Of a DNA stretch of 64,000 bases, positions 31,698-39,856 are shown piece after piece. The notes beneath the pieces are model-generated. The model did not search any database, had not been told where the DNA came from, and was given only the letters and a program-made list of their open reading frames with translations. The position numbers and the translations under genes are program-made. Numbering within the stretch: the first letter of the stretch is position 1; the number at the start of each line of letters is the position of its first letter. Source of the stretch: Acidobacteriota bacterium (GTDB lineage: Bacteria; Acidobacteriota; Thermoanaerobaculia; Gp7-AA8); NCBI GenBank assembly GCA_003223645.1, contig QHVT01000004.1:59334-123333 (forward strand), in the 5' to 3' direction.

Positions 31698-32530
31698 AGG
31701 CAGAAGGCAGAAGGCAGAAGGCAGAAATAAGAAAGCGCCGAGGCACTCGTCTCGCGGTCTTTCTCACTTCTGCCTTCTGCCTTCTGCCTTCTGCCTTCAT
31801 TGCTCTCCCAGTTCACGCCCAAACGCCCGATTACTCCCAGTGGAACCGCGTCCTCTCCACGTACTACAACCCCGCGAAAGGCATGGACTACCGTGCGCTC
31901 AAAGCGCGCGACTTCAAGACCGTGCAGTCGCTGCGACAGCAGCTCGGCAAAGTGAACGTCGCCGCGCTCGATCGCAAGTCGCAGCTCGCGTACTGGATCA
32001 ACGTCTACAACATCAACACCGTCGCTACGGTGCTCGAGGCGTATCCGGTCGACTCGATCCGCGACATCTCGACGGATCTCATCATCCGCCTCAACGTTTT
32101 CAAGAAAGAACGCATCCCGTTCGGAAACGTCCAGCTTTCACTCGACGCCGTCGAGAACGGAAAGATTCGCGAGGGCTTTCACGATCCGCGCATTCACTTC
32201 GCGATCAACTGCGCGGCGAAAACGTGTCCGCCGATCCGGATGGAGGCGTTCAGCGGCCTGAGGCTCGACGCGCAGCTCGACGATCAGGCACGCGCGTTTC
32301 TCAACGGCCCGCACGGCGTCCGCTTCGAGCGCGACGGCGGCACGCTCACCATCCACACGACGAAAATCATGGACTGGTTCAGCGACGACTTCGAAAAATG
32401 GGGCGGCGGCAAAGCGAAGTTCATTCGCAAATACGTCCCTGCCGACAAACAGAAACTGATCGACTCCGCGAAAGAGATCGAGTTCGAGTACGACGACTAC
32501 GACTGGGACCTGAACGACTGGAAGCGCTAG
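31694..32530 (+). CDS. DUF547-domain protein with signal peptide
   Basis: ATG overlaps the aminotransferase stop (ATGA) with an aaggaaag RBS. YWINVYNINTV and FAINCAAKTCPP are DUF547 hallmarks. N-terminal 40 aa are encoded by the GAAGGCA hairpin. Confidence 0.7.
   Translation: MKAEGRRQKAEIRKRRGTRLAVFLTSAFCLLPSAFIALPVHAQTPDYSQWNRVLSTYYNPAKGMDYRALKARDFKTVQSLRQQLGKVNVAALDRKSQLAYWINVYNINTVATVLEAYPVDSIRDISTDLIIRLNVFKKERIPFGNVQLSLDAVENGKIREGFHDPRIHFAINCAAKTCPPIRMEAFSGLRLDAQLDDQARAFLNGPHGVRFERDGGTLTIHTTKIMDWFSDDFEKWGGGKAKFIRKYVPADKQKLIDSAKEIEFEYDDYDWDLNDWKR
31697..31800. repeat. Hairpin with (GAAGGCA)x3 / (TGCCTTC)x3 arms
   Basis: gaaggcagaaggcagaaggcagaaataagaaagcgccgaggcactcgtctcgcggtctttctcacttctgccttctgccttctgccttc. 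Confidence 0.9.
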
Positions 32531-32640
32531 ACAAAAGCAGAAAGCAAAAGGCAGAAAGCAGAAGTGGGAGCGGCGAGACCCAAAACGCTTTCGTCTTTAC
32601 TTCTGCTTTCTGCTTTTTGCTTTCTGCTTTCTGAGCACGC
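32531..32640. repeat. Hairpin with (RGCAGAA)n / (TTCTGCY)n arms
   Basis: aaaagcagaaagcaaaaggcagaaagcagaag...cttctgctttctgctttttgctttctgctttc, following the DUF547 stop. Confidence 0.9.
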
Positions 32641-32667
32641 ATCTTTCTTGCTTAGCATTCACGTGAG

Positions 32668-33561
32668 ATGGTCGCGAAAGCACAACGGCTTCCGGTTCCG
32701 CCGCCGCAGGATTCCGTCGCCGCGTCGGAGGTCTCGCTGTATCGCAATCTGCTCAAGATCAAAGACGAACACGCGCTGCGCGATCTCGGCATCTCGTTTT
32801 ATGACGCCGAGACGACCGTGCAGTGGTCGTACAACGCCGACGCCTGGTTCCACGCCGCGTCGACGATGAAGCTGGCCGTGCTCCTCGGCGTGTTCCGCGA
32901 AGTCGATCGCGGGGAGCTCGCGCTCGATGCTCCCGTGCACGTGCGCAACCGCTTCACGAGCATCGTCAACCAGGAAGCGTTCATGCTCGACCTCGGACGC
33001 GACGCCGATCCCGACGTCTACGGGCATCTCGGCAAGACGCTCTCCGTCAAAGAGCTCGCGTATTGGATGATCACCAAGTCGAGCAATCTCGCGACGAATT
33101 TGCTCGTCGATGTCATCGGCATTCCGACGATCCAGCTCGCGCTCGACGAACTGGAGATCCACGGCATCAAAGTGCTGCGCGGCGTTGAAGACCAGCGCGC
33201 GTTCGCAGCGGGACTGAACAACGAAGTGACGGCGCACGGCTTACTGAAAATGCTGCGATTGATCGCCGAGGGGACGGCGTATTCGCAGGAAGCGTGCGAT
33301 GAAATGCTCGACATCCTTCTCGATCAGCAGTATCGCAGCGGCATTCCCGCCGGCCTCCCGAAGGCCGCGCGCGTGGCGCACAAGACCGGCAACATCTCGA
33401 CGGTACATCACGACGCCGGTATCGTGTACCTGGAAGGGAGAAAACCGTACGTGCTGGTGATCCTCACGCAGTTCCCGGCTGAGCAAGGCCGTGGTACGGC
33501 CGTCGCCGAAGTGTCGCGCGACATCTTCAACACGCTCGCCGGGGTCGTGTATGAATCATGA
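32668..33561 (+). CDS. Class-A beta-lactamase-like serine hydrolase, no signal peptide
   Basis: SxxK (ASTMK), SDN-like (KSSNLATN), KTG (HKTGNIS) motifs in class-A spacing. N-terminus is not hydrophobic. Confidence 0.75.
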   Translation: MVAKAQRLPVPPPQDSVAASEVSLYRNLLKIKDEHALRDLGISFYDAETTVQWSYNADAWFHAASTMKLAVLLGVFREVDRGELALDAPVHVRNRFTSIVNQEAFMLDLGRDADPDVYGHLGKTLSVKELAYWMITKSSNLATNLLVDVIGIPTIQLALDELEIHGIKVLRGVEDQRAFAAGLNNEVTAHGLLKMLRLIAEGTAYSQEACDEMLDILLDQQYRSGIPAGLPKAARVAHKTGNISTVHHDAGIVYLEGRKPYVLVILTQFPAEQGRGTAVAEVSRDIFNTLAGVVYES

Positions 33562-34252
33562 CGAAGCGGAACCGGGATTGAAGGTCGTCGACGCCTTCGA
33601 TCTCGATGACGAGCTGCGCTCGCTGCTGAAGCCGGGCGAACTGCTGCGCGACGAACTGGGGCGCCGCCATCGCCTGCCGCGCTATTTCTACGAAATCCCG
33701 TCGCACGAGATCGCGCTCAACATGCGTCTCACGTCGCACTTCGCGATGAACGAGCTCGTGCTCAACGACCTCCGCGAAGCGCCGCGCCTTCAGCAGTGGC
33801 CGCGCTACATCCCCTGCGCAGTGCGCATCCTCGCGAATTATCTCGAGCAGTTCCGCGCCGCGGCCGGCGCATCGGTGCACATCGCCGTCAACGGCGGCTA
33901 CCGGTCGCCGTCGCACAAGCATTCGCAGTACGCGTCGGCGCACATGTGGGGCACTGCCGCCGACGTTTACCGCATCGGATCGACGATCCTCAAAACGAGA
34001 GACGCGATCGAAAAGTACAACGAGATCGCCGAAGACGTCAGCGACGAGATTCGCGTACTCCCTTACGGTCACGACGTCGGCAAAAATGCCGACGACCACG
34101 TCCACCTCGACCTCGGCTACGTCACGCTCGTTCCGCGCGAGATCAGCGAAGACCGCATGGAACAGCCGCAGGAACACCGCCCCCGCTTCGCGTTCGAAGA
34201 GCGGCGGCGGAAGGAGCGGCGGGCGGTGGTGGCGGCGGACAGCGAGACATAG
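33551..34252 (+). CDS. Peptidase M15 family (YcbK/DUF882-like zinc D,D- or L,D-peptidase), no signal peptide
   Basis: NGGYRSPSHKHSQYASAHMWGTAADV and DHVHLDLG match the SGYR...H..G.A.D...H.D zinc site of M15. ATG overlaps the end of the bla-like gene. Confidence 0.6.
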   Translation: MNHDEAEPGLKVVDAFDLDDELRSLLKPGELLRDELGRRHRLPRYFYEIPSHEIALNMRLTSHFAMNELVLNDLREAPRLQQWPRYIPCAVRILANYLEQFRAAAGASVHIAVNGGYRSPSHKHSQYASAHMWGTAADVYRIGSTILKTRDAIEKYNEIAEDVSDEIRVLPYGHDVGKNADDHVHLDLGYVTLVPREISEDRMEQPQEHRPRFAFEERRRKERRAVVAADSET

Positions 34253-34376
34253 GTTGCGCAGTCGCGCCGTTGCGCGGTCGCGAACGGTTCTCGGCTACCG
34301 CGAGACCGCGTAACCGCGCACCTATGTCCGGCCCACCGTTTGCTTAGTTCGCTTTCCGCAGTTCCTAGGTTCCTCC

Positions 34377-35891
34377 ATGCCACCCATCGATCGCAAAGGC
34401 GAGCTCGACAGCGAAATTCGACGTTCCCGGCGGAACTGGCTGGAGATGCCGGCCATCGGGATGGAGTCGGAGTTCAATGTCTGGCTCGATGAAGTCGAGA
34501 TCAATCCCGAGCCGTACTGGAAACATCCGGGCGCGTTTATCGACCGGCCGCTGCTGAAGCGGGAAAAATCTTCCCTGCAACTGCCGACCGGAGGCGCGGT
34601 TTACTTCGACCGCGGCGTCATCGAAGTCGTCACGCCGGTCATCGAGCTCGCGCCGTCCGCCACCGCCCGGATGGTGCGCAACCTGTGGGAACAGATCGGC
34701 TTCGTGCGCGAGCAGCTCACGAAGTGGGGTGAGCAGAACGGACATACCGTTCGTCTCAAGGCCTACAGCACCCATTACAACGTCTCCTACGAGATCCCGA
34801 AGTCGCGGCAGCATGCGCGCCGCAATGTGAAAGCGCTGGCGCTCCTCCTCGCGTATCTCCTGCCCGTGCCGGTAATGATCACCGGCGCAAACCGGCGCTC
34901 GACGGGCGTCGGCGTCCGTCCGCGCGGCAATCGCATCGAGATCACGGTCGACTTCACTCCCGATCCCGGTCTCATGATCGCCACCGCCGCGCTCGTCGTC
35001 GGCATCGTGCGCGAAGTCATGAGCTGGCCGTCGTACGACCTCTCGCTCCTCGAGTCGCTGCCGCTGCCCGTGATCGCGGGCGTCATCCCCGGCAAGCACA
35101 CGACGCGCAAGGGCTGGCTGACGAAAGACTTTCACTATCCGCAGAGTCCGTACACGTCGGACATCGACGCGCCGATCTGGACGACGCAGTTCGGCGAGAA
35201 GAAATCGCTGCGGCAGATCGCGAAAGAAGTCGCGTTCTACTTCCGCTTGTCGATTCGCAAGTACTCCGACCCGTTCAGCCTGCGGCTGCTCTTCGCCATT
35301 CTCGAGGGACGCGCGCCGTCGCTGCTCGATCTCGACGAGCGTCCGAAAGCGTACGAAGACGTCGGCAATCTCTGCCGCTGGGGCGAAGTGATCGAAGAGC
35401 TGCGCGAGTTCGGATCGCACGAACGCCGCACCGAGCCGGCGATCGAGCAGTACGTGATCGAGCGGCATCACGCGCGCGAGCAGCACGAGAGCAATGAGCC
35501 GCAGCCGATTGCGCTGAAAGCGGCAAAGCCGCGCATCGACGATCTCCGTCCGCGTCCGCTGCAGACGCGAGCGGCGATCACGACGTACTACATCGAGCGG
35601 CGCCGCCCCGTCTCGCTCCTCAACGGCAACGGCGGCGACCGGCGCAGAGGACGCGACCGCCGCCGCAACCACTACGCGATTCCGTTTCCCGACCGCCGTC
35701 TCACGCGATCGGCCTACGAGCAGGTCTTCCTCAAGCTCGTCTCCGGCGGACACCTGCGCCTGGGCGACGAGGTGTACACGCCGGTCGGAATGAAGGGGTG
35801 GTATCACGCGATCTTCCGCCGCGACTCCGATGGCGCGGAAAAGCTGCTGACGATCGATCAGCTGCTGAGGAAGATGAACGACTGGATTTGA
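34377..35891 (+). CDS. Hypothetical 504-aa protein; N-terminal half resembles GCS2-type carboxylate-amine ligase (YbdK-like); C-terminal half unassigned, Arg-rich tail
   Basis: IGMESEFNVW (compare LGIELEMQV of YbdK), FDRGVIEVVTPV and YSTHYNVSY (compare HVHVG) are in the same order as GCS2 catalytic motifs. This is a low-similarity call from memory. Confidence 0.45.
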   Translation: MPPIDRKGELDSEIRRSRRNWLEMPAIGMESEFNVWLDEVEINPEPYWKHPGAFIDRPLLKREKSSLQLPTGGAVYFDRGVIEVVTPVIELAPSATARMVRNLWEQIGFVREQLTKWGEQNGHTVRLKAYSTHYNVSYEIPKSRQHARRNVKALALLLAYLLPVPVMITGANRRSTGVGVRPRGNRIEITVDFTPDPGLMIATAALVVGIVREVMSWPSYDLSLLESLPLPVIAGVIPGKHTTRKGWLTKDFHYPQSPYTSDIDAPIWTTQFGEKKSLRQIAKEVAFYFRLSIRKYSDPFSLRLLFAILEGRAPSLLDLDERPKAYEDVGNLCRWGEVIEELREFGSHERRTEPAIEQYVIERHHAREQHESNEPQPIALKAAKPRIDDLRPRPLQTRAAITTYYIERRRPVSLLNGNGGDRRRGRDRRRNHYAIPFPDRRLTRSAYEQVFLKLVSGGHLRLGDEVYTPVGMKGWYHAIFRRDSDGAEKLLTIDQLLRKMNDWI

Positions 35892-35962
35892 GGGCCTCCT
35901 GGCCTCCTGGCCTCCCAGCCTCTGAGCCTCCCAGAAACCCTTAGACGCCTGGAGGCTTGGCG
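35892..35962. repeat. Hairpin with (GGCCTCC)n / (GGAGGC)n arms between convergent genes
   Basis: gggcctcctggcctcctggcctcccagcctctgagcctcccag...cctggaggcttggcggcctggaggct. Confidence 0.85.
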
Positions 35963-35971
35963 GCCTGGAGG

Positions 35972-36208
35972 CTAATCCTGTGATCGCCGCTCGAGGTCCT
36001 CGCGCAACGCGCGTCCCGGCGTGCGGTCCTTCAATCGCGGGCGCTCGAGAATGCTCGCCAGCAAATCGGTCACGCCCCAGGCGATGAACGACACGGCGGC
36101 CATGGTGAAGAGATTCGAGACCGTTTGCAGCGGTAAGAGCAGGAACAGCGTGACGGGCACGCCGATGGCCATCACGATCACGCCGACAGTCAGTCTGATT
36201 GCGGACAC
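35972..36208 (-). CDS. Small membrane protein (2 TM), unknown function
   Basis: 78 aa with two hydrophobic segments (LTVGVIVMAIGVPVTLFLLL; AAVSFIAWGVTDLLASIL). Confidence 0.45.
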   Translation of the reverse strand: MSAIRLTVGVIVMAIGVPVTLFLLLPLQTVSNLFTMAAVSFIAWGVTDLLASILERPRLKDRTPGRALREDLERRSQD

Positions 36209-36226
36209 CGCGTTATTGAATCACAG

Positions 36227-37111
36227 CTAACGCGCGTCTGTTGCGACGTCGGTCGCGCTGCTCGCTTCGTCGACGCGGTTCTGCACGCGATTCTGAAACT
36301 CGTTCTCGAAGTTGCGCACGCGCTGCACGTACCGGCGTGTCTCGCGGAACGGCGGCACGCCGTTGAAGCGCTTCACGTTCCCCTCGCCCGCGTTATACGC
36401 CGCGATCACCGCGGTCTCGTTGCCGTTGAATCGGTCGTGCAAGTACTTCAGGTACTTCGCGCCCGCGCTGATGTTCTGCGCCGGATTGTGCAGGTCCCTC
36501 GCCCCCATCCACCGCCCCGTCTTCGGCACGAGCTGCATCAGGCCGAGCGCGCCCGCGCCCGATCGCGCCGTCGGCTTGAACTTCGACTCCGCCTGCACGA
36601 CTGCCGCGATCAGCTCCGGCCGGAGATTGTTCTTCTTCGCCTCCTGGTAAATGATCGAGCCGAACGGCACTTCCTCGTGGAAGAAGTCCTGCCGCACTTT
36701 CTCCGAGATTACGGCCAATTTTTTCGGGGCCTCGCTGACGGCCTCCAACGGCGACGACACCGCCGCCTGCACGCCGCTCGCGACGCCGCCGGCAACCTGT
36801 TTCGCGATCGACTGCGCGGCCTTGATGTCGCCCGCGAGTTGCTGATCGATCGGAACCGTTGCCGTCGCGCTCGCCGTCTGCTCGTCCTGTCCGCCGCTGC
36901 CCTGAGCCGACTGCGCCATCTTCAGCGGAACGCCGAGGCCGCCTAAGGCGAGCGATGCGCCGAGGGCGTAAGTCGCGTACTTTTTCCGGAGGCCGGCGAA
37001 TCTCTGTTTCTTCCGGGGCTTGACCGCTTCAACCTCTTTGCGCAATTGGGAGCGATCGAAGTTGTCGAGAAAACGCTCGCGAAACGGCCTGCCTGTCTTC
37101 AGTTCGCCCAT
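36227..37111 (-). CDS. Lytic transglycosylase, SLT-domain
   Basis: AESKFKPTARSGAGALGLMQLVP and AYNAGEGNV (SLT catalytic Glu and motifs). ATG at 37111 preceded by gaggga; the listed ORF extends to 37156. Confidence 0.8.
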   Translation of the reverse strand: MGELKTGRPFRERFLDNFDRSQLRKEVEAVKPRKKQRFAGLRKKYATYALGASLALGGLGVPLKMAQSAQGSGGQDEQTASATATVPIDQQLAGDIKAAQSIAKQVAGGVASGVQAAVSSPLEAVSEAPKKLAVISEKVRQDFFHEEVPFGSIIYQEAKKNNLRPELIAAVVQAESKFKPTARSGAGALGLMQLVPKTGRWMGARDLHNPAQNISAGAKYLKYLHDRFNGNETAVIAAYNAGEGNVKRFNGVPPFRETRRYVQRVRNFENEFQNRVQNRVDEASSATDVATDAR

Positions 37112-37242
37112 CGTCGTCCCTCGCTTCGGGGTATTTATTTGCAATCGAGACGCCACGATGAAGCTGCTGAGCTGTAACGACTTACCGGAATAACTTGCCG
37201 TCGACTTGGCGCAACGATTGAAATCCGCATAGAATCGGATCG

Positions 37243-37806
37243 ATGGCGAACCGTGCTTTTCTCGCAGTCGCCATGCTCCTGCTGGCCGTGCCGGTCGCGC
37301 AGGCGCAGCAGGATCGCAGCTGTGTCCGCGAACCGCTGGCGCAGCATTGCACCGACTGCAATCCCGAAATTCAAACCGAGTCCGCGCCCGCGGACCTGCC
37401 CGTGCTGCGCTACGCCGACCTCGAGTCGGAGCACAAGCTCTCCGGCCTGGCGAGCTACTACTCGACGTTCTTCGACGGCCGCAAGACCGCGAACGGCGAG
37501 ATTTATCGCAATCGGAAGTTCTCCGCCGCGCACCTCACGCTGCCCCTCGGCACGTGGATCGAAGTGACGGCGCGCGCGACCGGCAAGAAACTGCGCCTGC
37601 GCGTCAACGACCGCGGCCCCTTCGCGAAAAAGTTCTTCCTCGATCTCTCGCAGGCCGCCGCGCGCTTTCTCGGCGTCGACGTCACGGAAGATCGTCACGT
37701 CGAGGCGCACATCATCGCGCTGCCGGGCGAAGAGCCGCCGCCGGAGACGATCGATGTGACGGAGCCCGCGGCCGCCATCGCGTCCGCTACGCCAACGGGA
37801 CAGTGA
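37243..37806 (+). CDS. rlpA: Septal-ring lytic transglycosylase RlpA-like (DPBB domain) with signal peptide
   Basis: GLASYYSTFFDGRKTANGEIY...AAHLTLPLGTWIEVT...LRVNDRGPF is the RlpA double-psi beta-barrel signature. Confidence 0.85.
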   Translation: MANRAFLAVAMLLLAVPVAQAQQDRSCVREPLAQHCTDCNPEIQTESAPADLPVLRYADLESEHKLSGLASYYSTFFDGRKTANGEIYRNRKFSAAHLTLPLGTWIEVTARATGKKLRLRVNDRGPFAKKFFLDLSQAAARFLGVDVTEDRHVEAHIIALPGEEPPPETIDVTEPAAAIASATPTGQ

Positions 37807-38557
37807 AGCAGAACGCGCTTCCGGTGCCCGGCACCGAATCCACCGTCAGCGCGCCGCCGTGGCTCTCGATGACTCGCTTGGCGAGATAAAGTCCGTAGCC
37901 CGGTCCGCCGCCGCGCGCTTTATCGAGCTTGCTCACGCCACCGAGGTCGAAGACCTGGCTGACGTAGCGCGGATCGATGCCGATGCCGTTGTCGCGGATG
38001 CACAACTTCACGTTCGCGGCTTCGGTCGAGCAGTCGATGGCGAGATGACGCTCCCCTTTTTCGCGGTCGGTAAAGAAGAGCGCGTTGCCGACGATCGCGC
38101 CGATCGCCTCGCGCATCTTTTCCGGATCCACGATCACGGTCGGCATTTGATCCGGCATGTCGACTTTCACGCCGCCTTCTTCGATCTGGAAGTTGTACTT
38201 GAGGATCACTTCCTCGACGATCTCGCGCAGCGGCGTCGGCTTGCGCGCGTTCGGTCGCGCGAGCAGCTTCACCATGCCCGACATGTCGTCGAGCACGCGC
38301 TTCATGTTCTGCGCGCTGGAGCGCACGCGCTGGAGAAAATCCTGTCCTTCTTCATCGAGCTTGGCGTTGTAGTCCGTGAGCAGCAGCTCGCTGAAGCCGT
38401 CGATCGCGAAGATCGGCGATTTCAGGTCGTGCGACAGCACGCTGAAGAACCGGACGAGCTCCTCGTGCGATACGGAAGCCTCGGCCGCCTGAGACGGTTC
38501 CACTGTCGTGATGCAAGCCTCCTGCGGGCCGCGAACTGCAACGGTTGAGCCATTCAC
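37787..38557 (-). CDS. Soluble sensor histidine kinase (HisKA + HATPase_c), no transmembrane or obvious sensor domain
   Basis: H-box SHDLKSP, N/G1/G2 boxes (NALFFT, DNGIGI, GGPGYGLYL). Confidence 0.85.
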   Translation of the reverse strand: MNGSTVAVRGPQEACITTVEPSQAAEASVSHEELVRFFSVLSHDLKSPIFAIDGFSELLLTDYNAKLDEEGQDFLQRVRSSAQNMKRVLDDMSGMVKLLARPNARKPTPLREIVEEVILKYNFQIEEGGVKVDMPDQMPTVIVDPEKMREAIGAIVGNALFFTDREKGERHLAIDCSTEAANVKLCIRDNGIGIDPRYVSQVFDLGGVSKLDKARGGGPGYGLYLAKRVIESHGGALTVDSVPGTGSAFCFTVPLA

Positions 38558-39222
38558 TGTTTGCGGAATGCCGCGATCTGTCCCTCGCCCGCGATCGTTC
38601 CTTCGCCGTCATCGCCGGCGACGAGCGCCGTTTTCGGAGGAATGCCGAGGCCCAACTCCACGTCCGGCAAAGACATGAGACGCCGCAGCGCATCGTCATG
38701 CTGCGGATCGAAGCCCGTGTCGATGACGGTGTGCGCGAGCCAAGCGAGGGCGGGGAGGAACGTGCCGCCGCGCATGTCGCGCGTAAAGATCCCGAAACAC
38801 GAAGCCGCCGCGCCGATCGCCGCGATGACCGTGCCGTTCGCGGCCGCGTCGCGCATCGCGATGTCGGTCGGCGACTCGCGAATCGTCGCGAGCAGATTGT
38901 TCGTCACGCCGCCGCCGAGGTAGATCATCCCCGCCGACAAAATCGTGTTGAGATTTTTCTGGCGACGACTGTCGCGACCGCGATAGATCGGAACGTTGAT
39001 CACTTCGAGCGAGGGATCGATCTTCTGAAAGTACGCGCCGAGATGCTGCGCGTATTCGGGCGACCCGGACGCGGTCGGAAGAAACGCGATCGTGCGCCGG
39101 TCGGCCGGCATGCGCGCGACGAGCAGCTCATCGATCTCGCGCGTCTCGCCGAAGGAAAACTCGCCGCCGCCGATCAGCGCGAGCGTGGTCACCGGTGTCG
39201 ACAGACGGACCGCGAGTTTCAT
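38554..39222 (-). CDS. Peptidase S51 family (dipeptidase E/cyanophycinase-like)
   Basis: ATG at 39222 (MKLAVRLSTPVTTLALIGGGEF...). S51 GGG and Ser-nucleophile region. The upstream part of the listed ORF overlaps the SDR gene and is not coding. The 3' end overlaps the HK start by 4 bp. Confidence 0.65.
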   Translation of the reverse strand: MKLAVRLSTPVTTLALIGGGEFSFGETREIDELLVARMPADRRTIAFLPTASGSPEYAQHLGAYFQKIDPSLEVINVPIYRGRDSRRQKNLNTILSAGMIYLGGGVTNNLLATIRESPTDIAMRDAAANGTVIAAIGAAASCFGIFTRDMRGGTFLPALAWLAHTVIDTGFDPQHDDALRRLMSLPDVELGLGIPPKTALVAGDDGEGTIAGEGQIAAFRKQ

Positions 39223-39235
39223 ACGCTGCAAGTGT

Positions 39236-39856
39236 ATGGCACCGGTCGCGATCATTCCCGGCGGCACTTCCGGCCTCGGCGCCGCAATCGCCGCGCTCCT
39301 GCGCGGGCGCGACATCGCCGTCGTCACGGTCTCGCGTCGCGAGACAGCGCACGTCGCCGGCGATGCGTCGCATGAAGACACCGTGAAGCGCGCGATCGCC
39401 GCGGCGGAGAAACTCGGCGAGATCACGCTGCTCATCAACTGCGCCGGCGTCGGCGGATTCGGTCCCGTCGGAACGTACGACCAAGAAAACGTACGGCGGA
39501 TCATCGACGCGAACCTCACGTCAACGATTCTCTTCTGCGACGCGCTTTTCCCGCGCTTCGCGCGCGACGGCGGCACGATCGTCAACGTGTTGTCGACCGC
39601 GGCGCTCATCGCGAAAAAAGACGAGAGCGTCTACTGCGCGGCGAAGTGGGGCGCGCGCGGATACACCGAGGTGCTGAAAGCGGAGGCGAAAGGGACGAAG
39701 GCGCGCGTCATCTCCGTCGCGCCGGGCGGGATGCAGACGCCGTTCTGGGAATCGCCGCGCGAGGGATTCATGGACCCGCGCGAGATCGCGAAGATCATCG
39801 TCGACGCGATCGACCGTCCGGTGAACGTCAACGCGATCGTGATCGAACGAAACTAG
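39236..39856 (+). CDS. SDR-family oxidoreductase (short, ~206 aa)
   Basis: IIPGGTSGLGAAIA Rossmann motif, NCAG, YCAAK catalytic Tyr/Lys. Confidence 0.8.
   Translation: MAPVAIIPGGTSGLGAAIAALLRGRDIAVVTVSRRETAHVAGDASHEDTVKRAIAAAEKLGEITLLINCAGVGGFGPVGTYDQENVRRIIDANLTSTILFCDALFPRFARDGGTIVNVLSTAALIAKKDESVYCAAKWGARGYTEVLKAEAKGTKARVISVAPGGMQTPFWESPREGFMDPREIAKIIVDAIDRPVNVNAIVIERN

Noticed and set aside
38554-39609. Full 351-aa minus-strand ORF as one protein
   Set aside because: The N-terminal 129 residues are low-complexity and lie antisense to the well-supported SDR gene. Only the C-terminal 222 aa (from MKLAVR...) show peptidase S51 features.
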